Of a stretch of 64,000 nucleotides of DNA, positions 42,089 through 51,281 are shown piece after piece. Below the pieces are notes generated by a model, which saw only the letters and a list, made by a program, of their open reading frames with translations, was not told the origin of the DNA and ran no database searches. The position numbers and the translations under genes are program-made. The DNA is from Candidatus Latescibacterota bacterium (lineage in GTDB: Bacteria > Latescibacterota > UBA2968 > UBA8231). The stretch covers positions 2,336,001 to 2,400,000 of the forward strand of contig CBDFJF010000002.1 in the NCBI GenBank assembly GCA_965248265.1, read 5' to 3'. Positions within the stretch are counted from its first letter, which is position 1; the number at the start of each line of letters is the position of its first letter.

Positions 42089-42528
42089 TCAGTCCTCTTG
42101 GATTTGAACCTCAAAATCGTGAAACCGGTTCACTCCTTCGCAGGCGGTGATTCCCGCCTGCACATCCGAATCAAAGTCCGGGAGAGCACCCGAATTGGTG
42201 GTCGTTCACGCGGACTGTCAATTGGTGACCGGCTCTTTCTACCTCGAGTGCGTGCGGTTTACCCGCCTCGAGAGCGAATCCACACCAGCCGGCCCTTACC
42301 CAAGTGGGACGCTCTTCAACCCAGGTGTGGTGCCAGACGTTTGCGCCCAGGTCGTAGATGACCACCTCTCATTTCCTCGGCCGTGGCATCGGCGGGCACA
42401 CAGTTGCTGATGTGGTCTGGCTGTTGCTCCCAGCCGCCGGGATGGTCCCACCGTGGGCCTCTTACCTGAATCCAGTCGTCAGGTTGCCAGCCTTCGGGTG
42501 TGAAGGTGCATTGGTACATTGGAGCCAT
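42089..42528 (-). pseudogene. Fragmented beta-sandwich (ConA/3-keto-disaccharide hydrolase-like) hypothetical gene
   Basis: Three pieces in different frames: MAPMYQCTF...ATAEEMR / EVVIYDLGANVWHH...LTVRVNDHQFG / LPDFDSDVQAGITACEGVNRFHDFEV*. Confidence 0.6.
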
Positions 42529-42542
42529 TCCATCCCTGCCGA

Positions 42543-43547
42543 CTAGGCCGCCAGTACCTCTTTGGCCGCCTTCGTAGTCTCACGTACCTGGTCCAGAGTA
42601 CCCATCCCATACAGGGCCGAAGCAACACCGACCTCGTCGAAGACGAACTCGAAGGCTTTGTGTCCCAGGTAGCGGCCACCCGCCATGGCTTTGATGGCGA
42701 TCACCGGTTTACGCGCCTGACGCATGGCGTCTAGTGCCAGGTCCCGAGTCGGGAACATGTACATCCCAGGGTAGTTAACGGGCGTCAGATAGCCGTCGAC
42801 GGGGATGCCCTCCTGTTCCAGCAGTGGTATGGTGATGCCGGCGTGGTGGACGCTGGTGATCACTGTCGGAAATCGCTGTCTGAGGAAACCGATGTACTCT
42901 CGTATCAAGTCGAAGCGACCCAGCATCGCCAACAAGTCGATCTCGGCCCCCGGATCGGCGACCAGGATGTCGCAGCCGGCAAAGAAACCGAGGTACTGTT
43001 CGAGCGTGGCATAGTCGATTTCCAGGCGCGCTGCCTCATCTGGTGTGTAGGGCGCCACCTGGTCCGGAGTTACCAGGTTTTCCCATGATCCGTTAAGGGT
43101 GTAACGGAGGATTTCGTCGCGCTCCAGCTCATCGCGAAAGGCTGGCCCGCCGACGCGGTCGTTGTGGGCGTAGAAGGTAGCATGGGCTCGTTGCGAATAG
43201 CTCATGGCCTCGCCGTCCAGCGTGATCGGTATCAGGATGTAGGCCAGCAGGCCGATGTGCGTGTCCGCATGCCGCTCCGTTTCCCAGATCGCCTGCAGGT
43301 GCAACCGGTCCAGGCTGGGCAGCATATGGTCGACCTGTGCTGCAGTCACACCTTCCTCCTCGACGGCGTAACGCAGCACCTCTACTACCTGCTGCACCTG
43401 TCCGAAAGCGCGCAGGTTGTCGGCGTCCCGCTCGGCGCTCTGGTAGGAACATCCGTCGTATGGGTGAGTACCCATGATCAGTCGCGGGACTTCCACTTCG
43501 CCGACAGGGGTCGTAGGTACGCCGCAGCCTTCCAGATAGCTCTTCAT
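42543..43547 (-). CDS. Aldo/keto reductase-like TIM-barrel protein
   Basis: VPRLIMGTHP, TPVN..G, KPVIAIKAMAGGR, GM....QV.E. Confidence 0.7.
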   Translation of the reverse strand: MKSYLEGCGVPTTPVGEVEVPRLIMGTHPYDGCSYQSAERDADNLRAFGQVQQVVEVLRYAVEEEGVTAAQVDHMLPSLDRLHLQAIWETERHADTHIGLLAYILIPITLDGEAMSYSQRAHATFYAHNDRVGGPAFRDELERDEILRYTLNGSWENLVTPDQVAPYTPDEAARLEIDYATLEQYLGFFAGCDILVADPGAEIDLLAMLGRFDLIREYIGFLRQRFPTVITSVHHAGITIPLLEQEGIPVDGYLTPVNYPGMYMFPTRDLALDAMRQARKPVIAIKAMAGGRYLGHKAFEFVFDEVGVASALYGMGTLDQVRETTKAAKEVLAA

Positions 43548-43687
43548 CAGGCGGATCTCCTTTGGGTTCCTTGTCGCATATACGATAGCGAACCTGCCGG
43601 TCTATGCCCAATTGACTCTACGGTTGGCTGTGATACCTTCCCCCCGATTATCAAGTCAGACCCATCAGCCATGCCGGGAGTGCACGA

Positions 43688-45007
43688 ATGTCCGACAAAC
43701 TAGCCTTGCTCGGTGGTTCCCCCGTCATCACGATGGAGCAGGACCACTTCACCCAGTGGCCCATCTACGGTGAGGAGGAGGCCGAGGTGGCAGCCGATCT
43801 CATCCGCAACCACAAGCTGTCCAGCTCGCAGGAAGACGGTCCGATCGTCGAGTTGGAACGGGTGGTGGCGCAACGATGGGGCGTCCAGTTCGCCATCGCT
43901 CACTCCAGCGGTACCGCTGCCCTTCGGGCAGCCCTGTACGGCGCGGGAGTTCTACCCGGCGATGAGGTCATCGTGCAGTCGGCAGTCCATCCGTACGCCT
44001 GTCTTCCCATCATCGGTTGTGGCGCCATACCGGTGTTCGCCGACCTGGACCGCGAGTTGACGACGCTGGATCCGGCGGACGTAGAGCGGCGGATCACGTC
44101 GAAAACGACAGCCGTCATCGTCGTGCACTGGAACGGCATGCCCGTCGACATGGATGCCATGCTGGACGTGGGCCGGCGACACAACATCAGGGTTATAGAA
44201 GACAACTGTGTTTCACAGGGCACGAAGTATCGCGGTACAATGTGCGGCAGTATGGGGGATGCAGGCGCGATCAGTTTTCAGGATGGCAAGCTGACGTCGG
44301 CCGGGGAAGGGGGTGTGCTCATCACCAGCGACGAGGAGATCTACCAGCGGGCGACGACACTCGGTCACTACGAGAGGTTGAAGGAAATGCCCGATCCGAA
44401 GTACCGGGGAGTATCCGGGTTCTGTTTCGGCGAGAAATACCGGATGGCGACGCTGACGGCTGCCATCGGTTGCGAGCAGATGAAGAAATGGGATCAACGC
44501 GTCACGGATCGCCGGGCGAACAGTCGTAAGCTGGGCGCAGCGCTCGCACAGATCAACGGTTTTTCGTTCCCCGAAGTACCAGACTATGTGGCCTCGCCAT
44601 ATGACCGGGGCCATATCTGTTTCGATCCGGCTCAGCTGGGTGGGGTGGACAGGGAAGCGCTGGTGAAGGCGCTGCAGGCAGAGGGGGGAAGGGTGACATC
44701 GGCGGCCCGCAAGGATACGCGGATCCCGCACACCGATCTGCCGCGCGCCCTCCACATGCATCCGGTGTTCGCCGGCAACGATGCCGGAACGGGAGAGCTT
44801 CTCCCCGAGTTACTGGGGCCGGCAGCCAGGAATATTACCAGTGGCCCAGGTAAACTGCCGGTGACGGAAGATCCTGAATCGCCATCCAATACGCTGATGT
44901 TGCCGTCGTTCTCGCGGCCAGCCGATGAGCTGATCGCTCAGTACGTGCACGCCTTCAAGAAGGTCTCGGCCCAGGCAGACCAGCTTGCGGCCAGTGGAGG
45001 CGAGTAG
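43688..45007 (+). CDS. DegT/DnrJ/EryC1/StrS family PLP aminotransferase
   Basis: SSGTAAL, GDEVI, VVHWNG, IEDNC, SFQDGKLTSAGEGG, YRM. Confidence 0.92.
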   Translation: MSDKLALLGGSPVITMEQDHFTQWPIYGEEEAEVAADLIRNHKLSSSQEDGPIVELERVVAQRWGVQFAIAHSSGTAALRAALYGAGVLPGDEVIVQSAVHPYACLPIIGCGAIPVFADLDRELTTLDPADVERRITSKTTAVIVVHWNGMPVDMDAMLDVGRRHNIRVIEDNCVSQGTKYRGTMCGSMGDAGAISFQDGKLTSAGEGGVLITSDEEIYQRATTLGHYERLKEMPDPKYRGVSGFCFGEKYRMATLTAAIGCEQMKKWDQRVTDRRANSRKLGAALAQINGFSFPEVPDYVASPYDRGHICFDPAQLGGVDREALVKALQAEGGRVTSAARKDTRIPHTDLPRALHMHPVFAGNDAGTGELLPELLGPAARNITSGPGKLPVTEDPESPSNTLMLPSFSRPADELIAQYVHAFKKVSAQADQLAASGGE

Positions 45008-45867
45008 TGCTCCTCGACTCCCACACCCATCTCACCACACAGCGGTCTCTCGAAAACGTGTTCGCCCACCTGGAACACTACGGTGAGGGCAGGTCAGTGG
45101 TGTTGCCGATCGAAGCTGGCGACTGTACTGGTGTGGGACCCGGCAACGCCGATTGGCGTACAGAACTGACGGTCGAGGCCTTCGAACAGCACCCCGACAA
45201 GGTCATCCCGTTCTGCCACGTCAATCCGCTGGCGCGGGATGCCATGGATCAGCTGCGGGCACATCACGCAACCGGGATTTTTCGCGGGTTCGGGGAGCAC
45301 AAGGTCCGCATCGCTTGCGACCATCCGGCGTCGATGCAGATCTACCGGTTCTGTGGCGAGGTCGGGTGGCCGGTGCTCATGCACTTCGACTACCAGGATT
45401 TCCACAACTACAACATCGAGGCCTTCGACAAGGTGCTCGAGGCGTGTCCGGACACCAGGTTCATCGGTCACGCTCAATCATGGTGGGCGAACATCAGCTG
45501 CGAGGTCGCCCGCGACTATACCGCGCCCGAATTCACGGAGTACCCAAAGGGTCCGATCGTGCCCGGCGGGTTGATCGACCTGTGGCTGGAAAAGTACCCC
45601 AATCTCTACACCGACCTTTCGGCTAAATCGGCTTATTTCGCTCTGACTCGGGAGCCCGAGTTTACGAAGGACTTTCTAACGCGGCACAGGGCCAAGCTTA
45701 TCTGGGGGAGTGACTGTCCCTGCCTCAACGGCAAGGGGGACCTGGTGAATGGTGGTCATCGTGACTGTCTGTCGGGTTTGACGCTGCCGCTGTTGCGCGA
45801 GCACTGCGACGACGACCACTACGAGGATCTCGTACATCGCAATGCAGAGCGCCTGCTCGGGCTGTGA
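45007..45867 (+). CDS. Amidohydrolase_2 family protein
   Basis: DSHTH, GFGEHK, MH, FIGHA, DLSA, WGSD, NAERLL; TAGTG overlap with the upstream gene. Confidence 0.88.
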   Translation: MLLDSHTHLTTQRSLENVFAHLEHYGEGRSVVLPIEAGDCTGVGPGNADWRTELTVEAFEQHPDKVIPFCHVNPLARDAMDQLRAHHATGIFRGFGEHKVRIACDHPASMQIYRFCGEVGWPVLMHFDYQDFHNYNIEAFDKVLEACPDTRFIGHAQSWWANISCEVARDYTAPEFTEYPKGPIVPGGLIDLWLEKYPNLYTDLSAKSAYFALTREPEFTKDFLTRHRAKLIWGSDCPCLNGKGDLVNGGHRDCLSGLTLPLLREHCDDDHYEDLVHRNAERLLGL

Positions 45868-45900
45868 TCAAGTTTCTGCCACAGGGACTAAGGAGAAGGT

Positions 45901-46317
45901 ATGAGTAATCTTGAGCGCTCAGTTTTGATACCCGACGGTGTCGCACCGCCGGGAGGCAAGTACACGCACGCCATCAGGGTCCGGGGTGGGGAGTTGCTCT
46001 TTATCTCCGGTCAGGTTGCCATCGACGCGACAGGGGAGTTCGTCGGCAAGGGAGATGTGGCGACCCAGACACGCCAGGTTTTCGAGAACCTGGGTAATGT
46101 CCTCAAGACGGCCGGCGGCAGCTTCGCCGATGTCGTCGAGTTGATGTACTACATCGTCGGTAGGAGTTCGGTGGCCGGTTTCATGGAAGCACGAACGGCC
46201 ATCTTCGACGAGATCTTTGCTGATGGCAATTATCCGACGGCTACCCTGCTGGTGGTCGAAGGTCTGGCGAGTGAGGACTTCCTGGTGGAGGTCTCGGCGG
46301 TAGCGGCACTGCCATGA
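45901..46317 (+). CDS. RidA/YjgF/UK114 family protein
   Basis: YTHA, LFISGQ, QTRQVFENL, VEVSAVA; Thr at the usual catalytic Arg position (PTATLL). Confidence 0.88.
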   Translation: MSNLERSVLIPDGVAPPGGKYTHAIRVRGGELLFISGQVAIDATGEFVGKGDVATQTRQVFENLGNVLKTAGGSFADVVELMYYIVGRSSVAGFMEARTAIFDEIFADGNYPTATLLVVEGLASEDFLVEVSAVAALP

Positions 46318-47210
46318 GAGTGACCCACGATACGGAAGGAGACAGGGTGGTCATCCGGGTGGAGGGCCTGCGCCAATCGGTCACGGCGCTGCATCTGGGG
46401 GATCTGCACATGGCCGTCGTCGACGAGCGCGACTCCGACAGGCTCGAAGTCTGTGTTGGAATAGGTGAGCGCTTCCACCACCGCCATGACAACAACGACG
46501 CCGACGGCAATACCATTCCTCAGGAGACAGCCTTCGTTCACATCCTGGAGGTGGCGAAGCAGGAGCAGGTGGATGTGCTGGCCCTGATCGGCGACATCGT
46601 CGACTTCCCGGCTGCCGCCAATGTCGAGTACGCCAAGGGCCTCATCGACGAGTCAGGGATACCATCCGTGTACACAGCGGGCAACCACGACTGGTGCTTC
46701 TTCGGCGAAGAGCCGACGTCGCAGGTACGCCGGTCATTCTGGCCTCGGTTGGATCCGCTGACAGGAGGCGAGCCGGCCTTTTCGAGCCGCGAGATTGGCG
46801 GGATCCTGTTCGTCACCGTCGACAACTCCATTTACCAGGTCGAAGAGGACCAGTTGGAGTCGATGCGCCAGGCACTGGCGGCGGGCCTGCCGACAGTGCT
46901 GCTTTGCCACATTCCGATCAGTCTGCCGACGCTGCGCCCCGCGGTCATGGAGGCGATGAACGGCAGCCCGATCATGATGGCTGATCCGGACTGGGCACCG
47001 GAGTCTCGCAAGGAAAACCTGGTCGAGGACACCACGCCTGCGACGCTGGAGTTCGTCCGGCTCGTCAGTCAGGCGCAGAACCTGGTGGCGATTTTGACCG
47101 GCCACTGCCACATCCCGCACGCTGATGCCATCAACCCGTGGGCAGTGCAGTACCTGGCGCCTCCGGGTTATGCCGGGGAGTATGGTCTTTTCGAGTTTGA
47201 GCCCCTGTGA
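46314..47210 (+). CDS. Metallophosphoesterase
   Basis: GDLH, GDIVD, GNHD, CHIP, GHCH; ATGA overlap. Confidence 0.88.
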   Translation: MRVTHDTEGDRVVIRVEGLRQSVTALHLGDLHMAVVDERDSDRLEVCVGIGERFHHRHDNNDADGNTIPQETAFVHILEVAKQEQVDVLALIGDIVDFPAAANVEYAKGLIDESGIPSVYTAGNHDWCFFGEEPTSQVRRSFWPRLDPLTGGEPAFSSREIGGILFVTVDNSIYQVEEDQLESMRQALAAGLPTVLLCHIPISLPTLRPAVMEAMNGSPIMMADPDWAPESRKENLVEDTTPATLEFVRLVSQAQNLVAILTGHCHIPHADAINPWAVQYLAPPGYAGEYGLFEFEPL

Positions 47211-47217
47211 GGTCGGC

Positions 47218-48297
47218 ATGAAACCGTCGACATCACAAATCCGCACCTACACAATTCAAGAGTGGCTCTTCGAAGAAGCTCAAGGAGCCTTCGAGATCGA
47301 TCTGGGCGAGAGCGGCATTCAACACCACTACCTCAGCGACCTCGAGCCGGATCCGGCGTTCGATCTCAATTATTCGCAGGATCGCGGAGATGAGAAACTG
47401 CGCCGCCTGATCGGCGAGATGTACGGCGCCGGACCGGAGAACGTCATCATCACGCACGGCAGCCAGGAGGCATTGTACCTTTTTTACGGCTGCCATATCG
47501 GCTCCGACGATCATGTCATCACCTTTACTCCTGGTTGGCAGCAGTCATGGGAAGTGCCCGAGCACCTGGGTGCTCAGGTCACGAAAATCGCCCTGACCCA
47601 GGATTCGGGGTACGCCATCGATTGGGGTATGGTTTCAAAGAGCCTACAGGACAACACGCGGCTGCTGATCCTGTGCTCTCCCAACAATCCCCTCGGGACG
47701 GCTCTTTCAGAGGCCGACTGGACACAGCTCGAGCGGCTACGCGCTGAGCGGCAGATCCCGGTACTCGTCGACGAGGAGTACCTGACGGACTACAAGGGGT
47801 CTGTGTTCAACCGCGCTTCCGGTTACGCAGTCAGCAGCCTATCCAAGATCTACGGCTTTCCCGGATTGCGTCTCGGGTGGATGGTGGGGGACAGCGAGGC
47901 CATCGACCGGATGGTGAATCTGAAGCGCTACACGACGGTATGTAACTCTTCGCTGTGCGAACAGCTGGCGCTGCAGGTGCTGGGGGAGAAGCGGACACAT
48001 TATCTCGAGCGTTTTGCGCGTCTCTGTCACGGTGGACTGGAGATGCTGCGGGACTGGGCGCATGGCCAGCCAGCTCTGTCGCTGATTGAGCCACAGGGCA
48101 CGCCCTTCGCCTACCTGGCCTACGGCGGCCCCGGCACATCGGCCGAATTTTGCAGGAGGCTGCTACGCGAAAATAGTGTCCTGTTGATGCCGGCTGAAGT
48201 GTTCGAAGATCGTCAGGCCGTGCGATTGAGTTTCGGAAGGGAGCCCGAGGTTCTGCGAGCCGGACTGGATCGCATCGGCACTGTGCTCACACCATAG
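47218..48297 (+). CDS. PLP-dependent aminotransferase class I/II (VioD/capreomycidine-synthase-like N-terminus)
   Basis: DLGESG, THGSQEA, SPNNPLG, DEEY, SSLSKIYGFPGLRLGW, RLSFG. Confidence 0.85.
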   Translation: MKPSTSQIRTYTIQEWLFEEAQGAFEIDLGESGIQHHYLSDLEPDPAFDLNYSQDRGDEKLRRLIGEMYGAGPENVIITHGSQEALYLFYGCHIGSDDHVITFTPGWQQSWEVPEHLGAQVTKIALTQDSGYAIDWGMVSKSLQDNTRLLILCSPNNPLGTALSEADWTQLERLRAERQIPVLVDEEYLTDYKGSVFNRASGYAVSSLSKIYGFPGLRLGWMVGDSEAIDRMVNLKRYTTVCNSSLCEQLALQVLGEKRTHYLERFARLCHGGLEMLRDWAHGQPALSLIEPQGTPFAYLAYGGPGTSAEFCRRLLRENSVLLMPAEVFEDRQAVRLSFGREPEVLRAGLDRIGTVLTP

Positions 48298-48326
48298 CGT
48301 CACGATGCACATGACGCCTGGATCGA

Positions 48327-49388
48327 TCACGAATGGCGCGCCCGCAACAGTAGCGCCGCGTCGCACATCACCCTGAGTTTGGCGTAGGCCTCATCCAGAT
48401 CCATGGGGTTTTGCACCGATGGTGAGAAGCCGCAATCGGGATGCAGCGCGATACGCTTCAAGTCGACGAATCGCATTGCCTCTTCAACCCGCGTAACCAC
48501 GACCTCCTCCGTTTCGATTGCACGGTCGCAGTGATCGATGCATCCCAGGCCCAACATCATGTGCTCGGGGAACTGCGCCAGACAACCCATGCCGCCGGAG
48601 ACTGGCGTGGCCAACTCCAGTGACAGGGTATCGACTTTAAGTCGGGCAAGGCCAGGCATCAGTACATCGTATGCCCCTTCGCTGCCGTGTTGGTGATCGA
48701 AGTGCGCATGACACAGGTGCATGCCGATGTCGATGCCGGCGTCGGCAACCGTGTCATTGACCAGGTCAACACAAAGCGAGACTTCACTGTCGATGTCCGC
48801 GATTCCATCCTGCCGTCGGACCTCCGGGTCGACGAGGCGATTGAGCCACGGCTCGTCCAGCTGCACGGTGTCGGCGCCGGCGTTCTTGAGTTCCTGGATT
48901 TCCCGTCGTAGGACTTCGACGCAAGCCCGCATGAGCAGCTCTGGTGTGGGGTAGGCCTTGGCCGAGTGCTCCGGGTGCCACATCCTGCGGCCAATCGTGT
49001 ACGGCCCGGGCAAGGTTGCCTTCACCCGCCGTTCCGTCCGAGATCGCAAAAAACGGATCTCCTGTCCCGCGATCGGGCGGTAGTACTCGAGCGGCGCGAC
49101 GACGGCAGGATACGGCAGACCGCTGATGACCAGGTCAGGTTCGAAGCCGCGAACGCGCTCGGCAAACACCTTTACGTAGCTCTCTCGCCGCCACTCGCCG
49201 TCGGTGATCTCGTCCAGACCCGCCCGTTCCTGCATCAGAATGGCCGACTCGATGGCGCGATCCAGGATGCGATCCGCATCCTCCTCGGAGATCACCTCGT
49301 CTTTGCGCTCGAGTATCAATTCGCGAACCCATTCGGGGCGCGGGAGACTGCCGATTACGGTGGTCGGAAAAAGCTGTGTATCGGTCAT
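48327..49388 (-). CDS. Cobalamin-independent methionine synthase II family (catalytic domain only)
   Basis: TTVIGSLPRP, TDGEWRRES, QLDEP, HLC, E, PDCGF (Zn ligands). Confidence 0.88.
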   Translation of the reverse strand: MTDTQLFPTTVIGSLPRPEWVRELILERKDEVISEEDADRILDRAIESAILMQERAGLDEITDGEWRRESYVKVFAERVRGFEPDLVISGLPYPAVVAPLEYYRPIAGQEIRFLRSRTERRVKATLPGPYTIGRRMWHPEHSAKAYPTPELLMRACVEVLRREIQELKNAGADTVQLDEPWLNRLVDPEVRRQDGIADIDSEVSLCVDLVNDTVADAGIDIGMHLCHAHFDHQHGSEGAYDVLMPGLARLKVDTLSLELATPVSGGMGCLAQFPEHMMLGLGCIDHCDRAIETEEVVVTRVEEAMRFVDLKRIALHPDCGFSPSVQNPMDLDEAYAKLRVMCDAALLLRARHS

Positions 49389-49561
49389 AGCACTGGACCT
49401 CGAAAATGGTGAGGGAGCATCGCAGGCCCATTACGGTAACACAACCGGTGAGGTGGCAACAGTTATGGCCCTTCACCCACAACTCCACGCTCGATGACAG
49501 GGCACACAATGCCTATGCTTTTCGAGTTCCCGTCGACGGCGGCCAACATCTGGAGATTCGA

Positions 49562-50380
49562 ATGAAGGATCATACCGCACCTCCCATCTCGATGACCGAA
49601 GAGCAGAAGTTCTTCTTCGATCTGCGGGGCTGGATCCTTCTGCCTTCCGCGCTGACCGAACAAGAGGTCGTAGATATGAAGGCCGAGTGTTACGCCGGCG
49701 CTGCTCGAAGCTTCGATGGGGCTCTGTGCGGACTACTCGATCATCCATCTATCGCGGGAATCCTCACCGAGGTGCTGACGGAGAAGCCGTTCGAGCGTGA
49801 TGAGTGCTACGGTTTTCGTTGCGAGGGCTCCCACATCACGGTGCGTCCCGCGGGGTGGAGCAAGCCCGAAGAGGGCACCGGCACTCCACATGTAGTGCGC
49901 CCGCCCCAGCAGGCCAACGCCATGCGCTACCAGGTGGCGGGGAAGAAAATCTTCTCTGGTCTCACTCGAGTAGTCTGGGAGCTGGAAGAGGTAAAAGCAG
50001 GCCACGGCGGCACCACCTTTCTCAGTGGCTCTCACAAGGCCCATTTCAACTACGGCGGTCCCGACCCGTACCAGCCCAACATCAGTGAGTCCCCGTGGGA
50101 GGACAACCTGCGGGCGGCGATGGAGGATTACAGCTGTCCAGCGGGTTCGGCAATCATTTTCACGGAGAGTCTGGCGCACGCGTCCAATGACTGGACCAAT
50201 CCCGACAACCCGCGTTGCGCCGTGTTCAACTGCTACAACTCCATCTGGTCACAGTGGCACCGGCTCAACGTGGCGCACGAAGTGATCGAGGCGATGCCGC
50301 CAAAGCGGAGGACGCTTTTCAGGGGCGTGTGGGAGCTGGGGGGCAATACGGAATACTCGATGGAGAATCGGGCGTTGTAA
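49562..50380 (+). CDS. Phytanoyl-CoA dioxygenase (PhyH) family protein
   Basis: FFFDLRGW, GGTTFLSGSHK, AGSAIIFTESLAH, R; RBS GGAG. Confidence 0.8.
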   Translation: MKDHTAPPISMTEEQKFFFDLRGWILLPSALTEQEVVDMKAECYAGAARSFDGALCGLLDHPSIAGILTEVLTEKPFERDECYGFRCEGSHITVRPAGWSKPEEGTGTPHVVRPPQQANAMRYQVAGKKIFSGLTRVVWELEEVKAGHGGTTFLSGSHKAHFNYGGPDPYQPNISESPWEDNLRAAMEDYSCPAGSAIIFTESLAHASNDWTNPDNPRCAVFNCYNSIWSQWHRLNVAHEVIEAMPPKRRTLFRGVWELGGNTEYSMENRAL

Positions 50381-50414
50381 GGCTCTGACTCAGCCGCGGT
50401 GCGCGATAGGTACC

Positions 50415-50565
50415 CCGACGTGTGACGCGACGTGGGCCAACCGCCCAGGTACACGGCACTAAGACCAGCCTGTCAGATTAGTCTGGCCGAGGTCATGTCA
50501 TAGCAGCAGGGAGCGACCAGGATCTGGTCTCGCGCCAGCAGTTGTTTCAATGTCATCTGGTTGTC
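50415..50565 (-). pseudogene. Diverged copy of the 5' end of the isocitrate lyase/PEP mutase gene (59321-59472)
   Basis: Direct nucleotide similarity, e.g. catgtcatagcagcagggagcgaccaggatctggtctcgcgccagcagttg vs catgtcataacagcagggtgcgaccaggatttgatctcgcgccagcagttg. Confidence 0.85.
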
Positions 50566-50639
50566 GGTACGTCCGGATGGCAAGTGATGATGTGGAGGCC
50601 CGAACCATCACTGTCCGCCACGGCAAGATGGGCTGGCCT

Positions 50640-51197
50640 GGGACTCAGCTGGCGCATGCTCCTGCGCTACGCCGGACTCAATATCCAGATGCGCCAGTCC
50701 GGCCAGTATCGAGGGCAAAACAGGATTTCCAAGAAGGGACGACCGCTACTGCGAAAAATTCTCGGCCAGGTTATTCTACCCCTGGTACGGCGAACGGGTT
50801 TATACGGCGACTACTACCAGCGCAAGCGCCTCTCCATGCCGGGACGGAAAGCCATGATCGCGGTGATGAGACATTTCCTGCGTAAACTTCATGGCTGGTA
50901 CCGCTCTGGACAGGCATTCAATGCCGAACGCTATTTCAGCTCATCCGTAGCTTGCTCTCAAAGGCAGGCTGCCTGAGAAGATCCCGACAAGAGGAACTGG
51001 CCAGAGATGACCGTTATCGATTCGTGACTCCCTCGGGAGATCACCCAGATTACAATCCTGTCACTCTGGCCACTACTTCTTCAACATGGCCAGAAAAGTA
51101 TGACGGTCTCTTTTGAAGACCGAAATGAGATTATTGCCAGTTGAAGAAATCCTCCGATTTGCAGAGAAAAGCCTTGACTCCTTTCGTCTAAAGAGAT
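50640..51197 (+). mobile_element. IS110-family element remnant: C-terminal recombinase fragment plus complete right non-coding end
   Basis: LLRYAGLNIQMRQSGQYRGQNRISKKGRPLLRKIL...KAMIAVMRH.L is the Transposase_20 domain (stop at 50976), followed by structured non-coding DNA and TTGACT near the inferred end. Confidence 0.85.
50998..51148 (+). ncRNA. Candidate IS110 bridge/seek RNA (target-binding loop + donor-binding loop)
   Basis: Two stem/internal-loop/stem units: TGGCCAGAG-A-TGAC/GTCA-CTCTGGCCA and TTCTTCAAC-A-TGGC/GCCA-GTTGAAGAA. The loop strands match the adjacent junction at 51190-51206. Confidence 0.8.
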
Positions 51198-51253
51198 CGA
51201 TAATGGGCGTTATTTTTCCTATCCTCAGGACGCTTCTCCGCGCGCGGGCGATC

Positions 51254-51281
51254 TTGACTACCCATAGCGGGCCCTTATCGT
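51254..51281 (+). promoter_or_regulatory. Putative sigma70-type promoter for the FG-GAP/PD40 gene
   Basis: TTGACT-N16-TATCGT upstream of the 51369 start. Confidence 0.3.

Noticed and set aside
47218-48297. Capreomycidine/tuberactinomycin biosynthetic cluster
   Set aside because: No NRPS or adjacent arginine hydroxylase; only fold-level similarity.
49389-49561. Riboswitch upstream of the MetE-like gene
   Set aside because: No recognisable SAM or cobalamin riboswitch motif found by eye on the minus strand.
50998-51148. Simple rho-independent terminators
   Set aside because: Large internal loops, no U-tract after the stems, and loop complementarity to the element junction fit a bridge RNA better.
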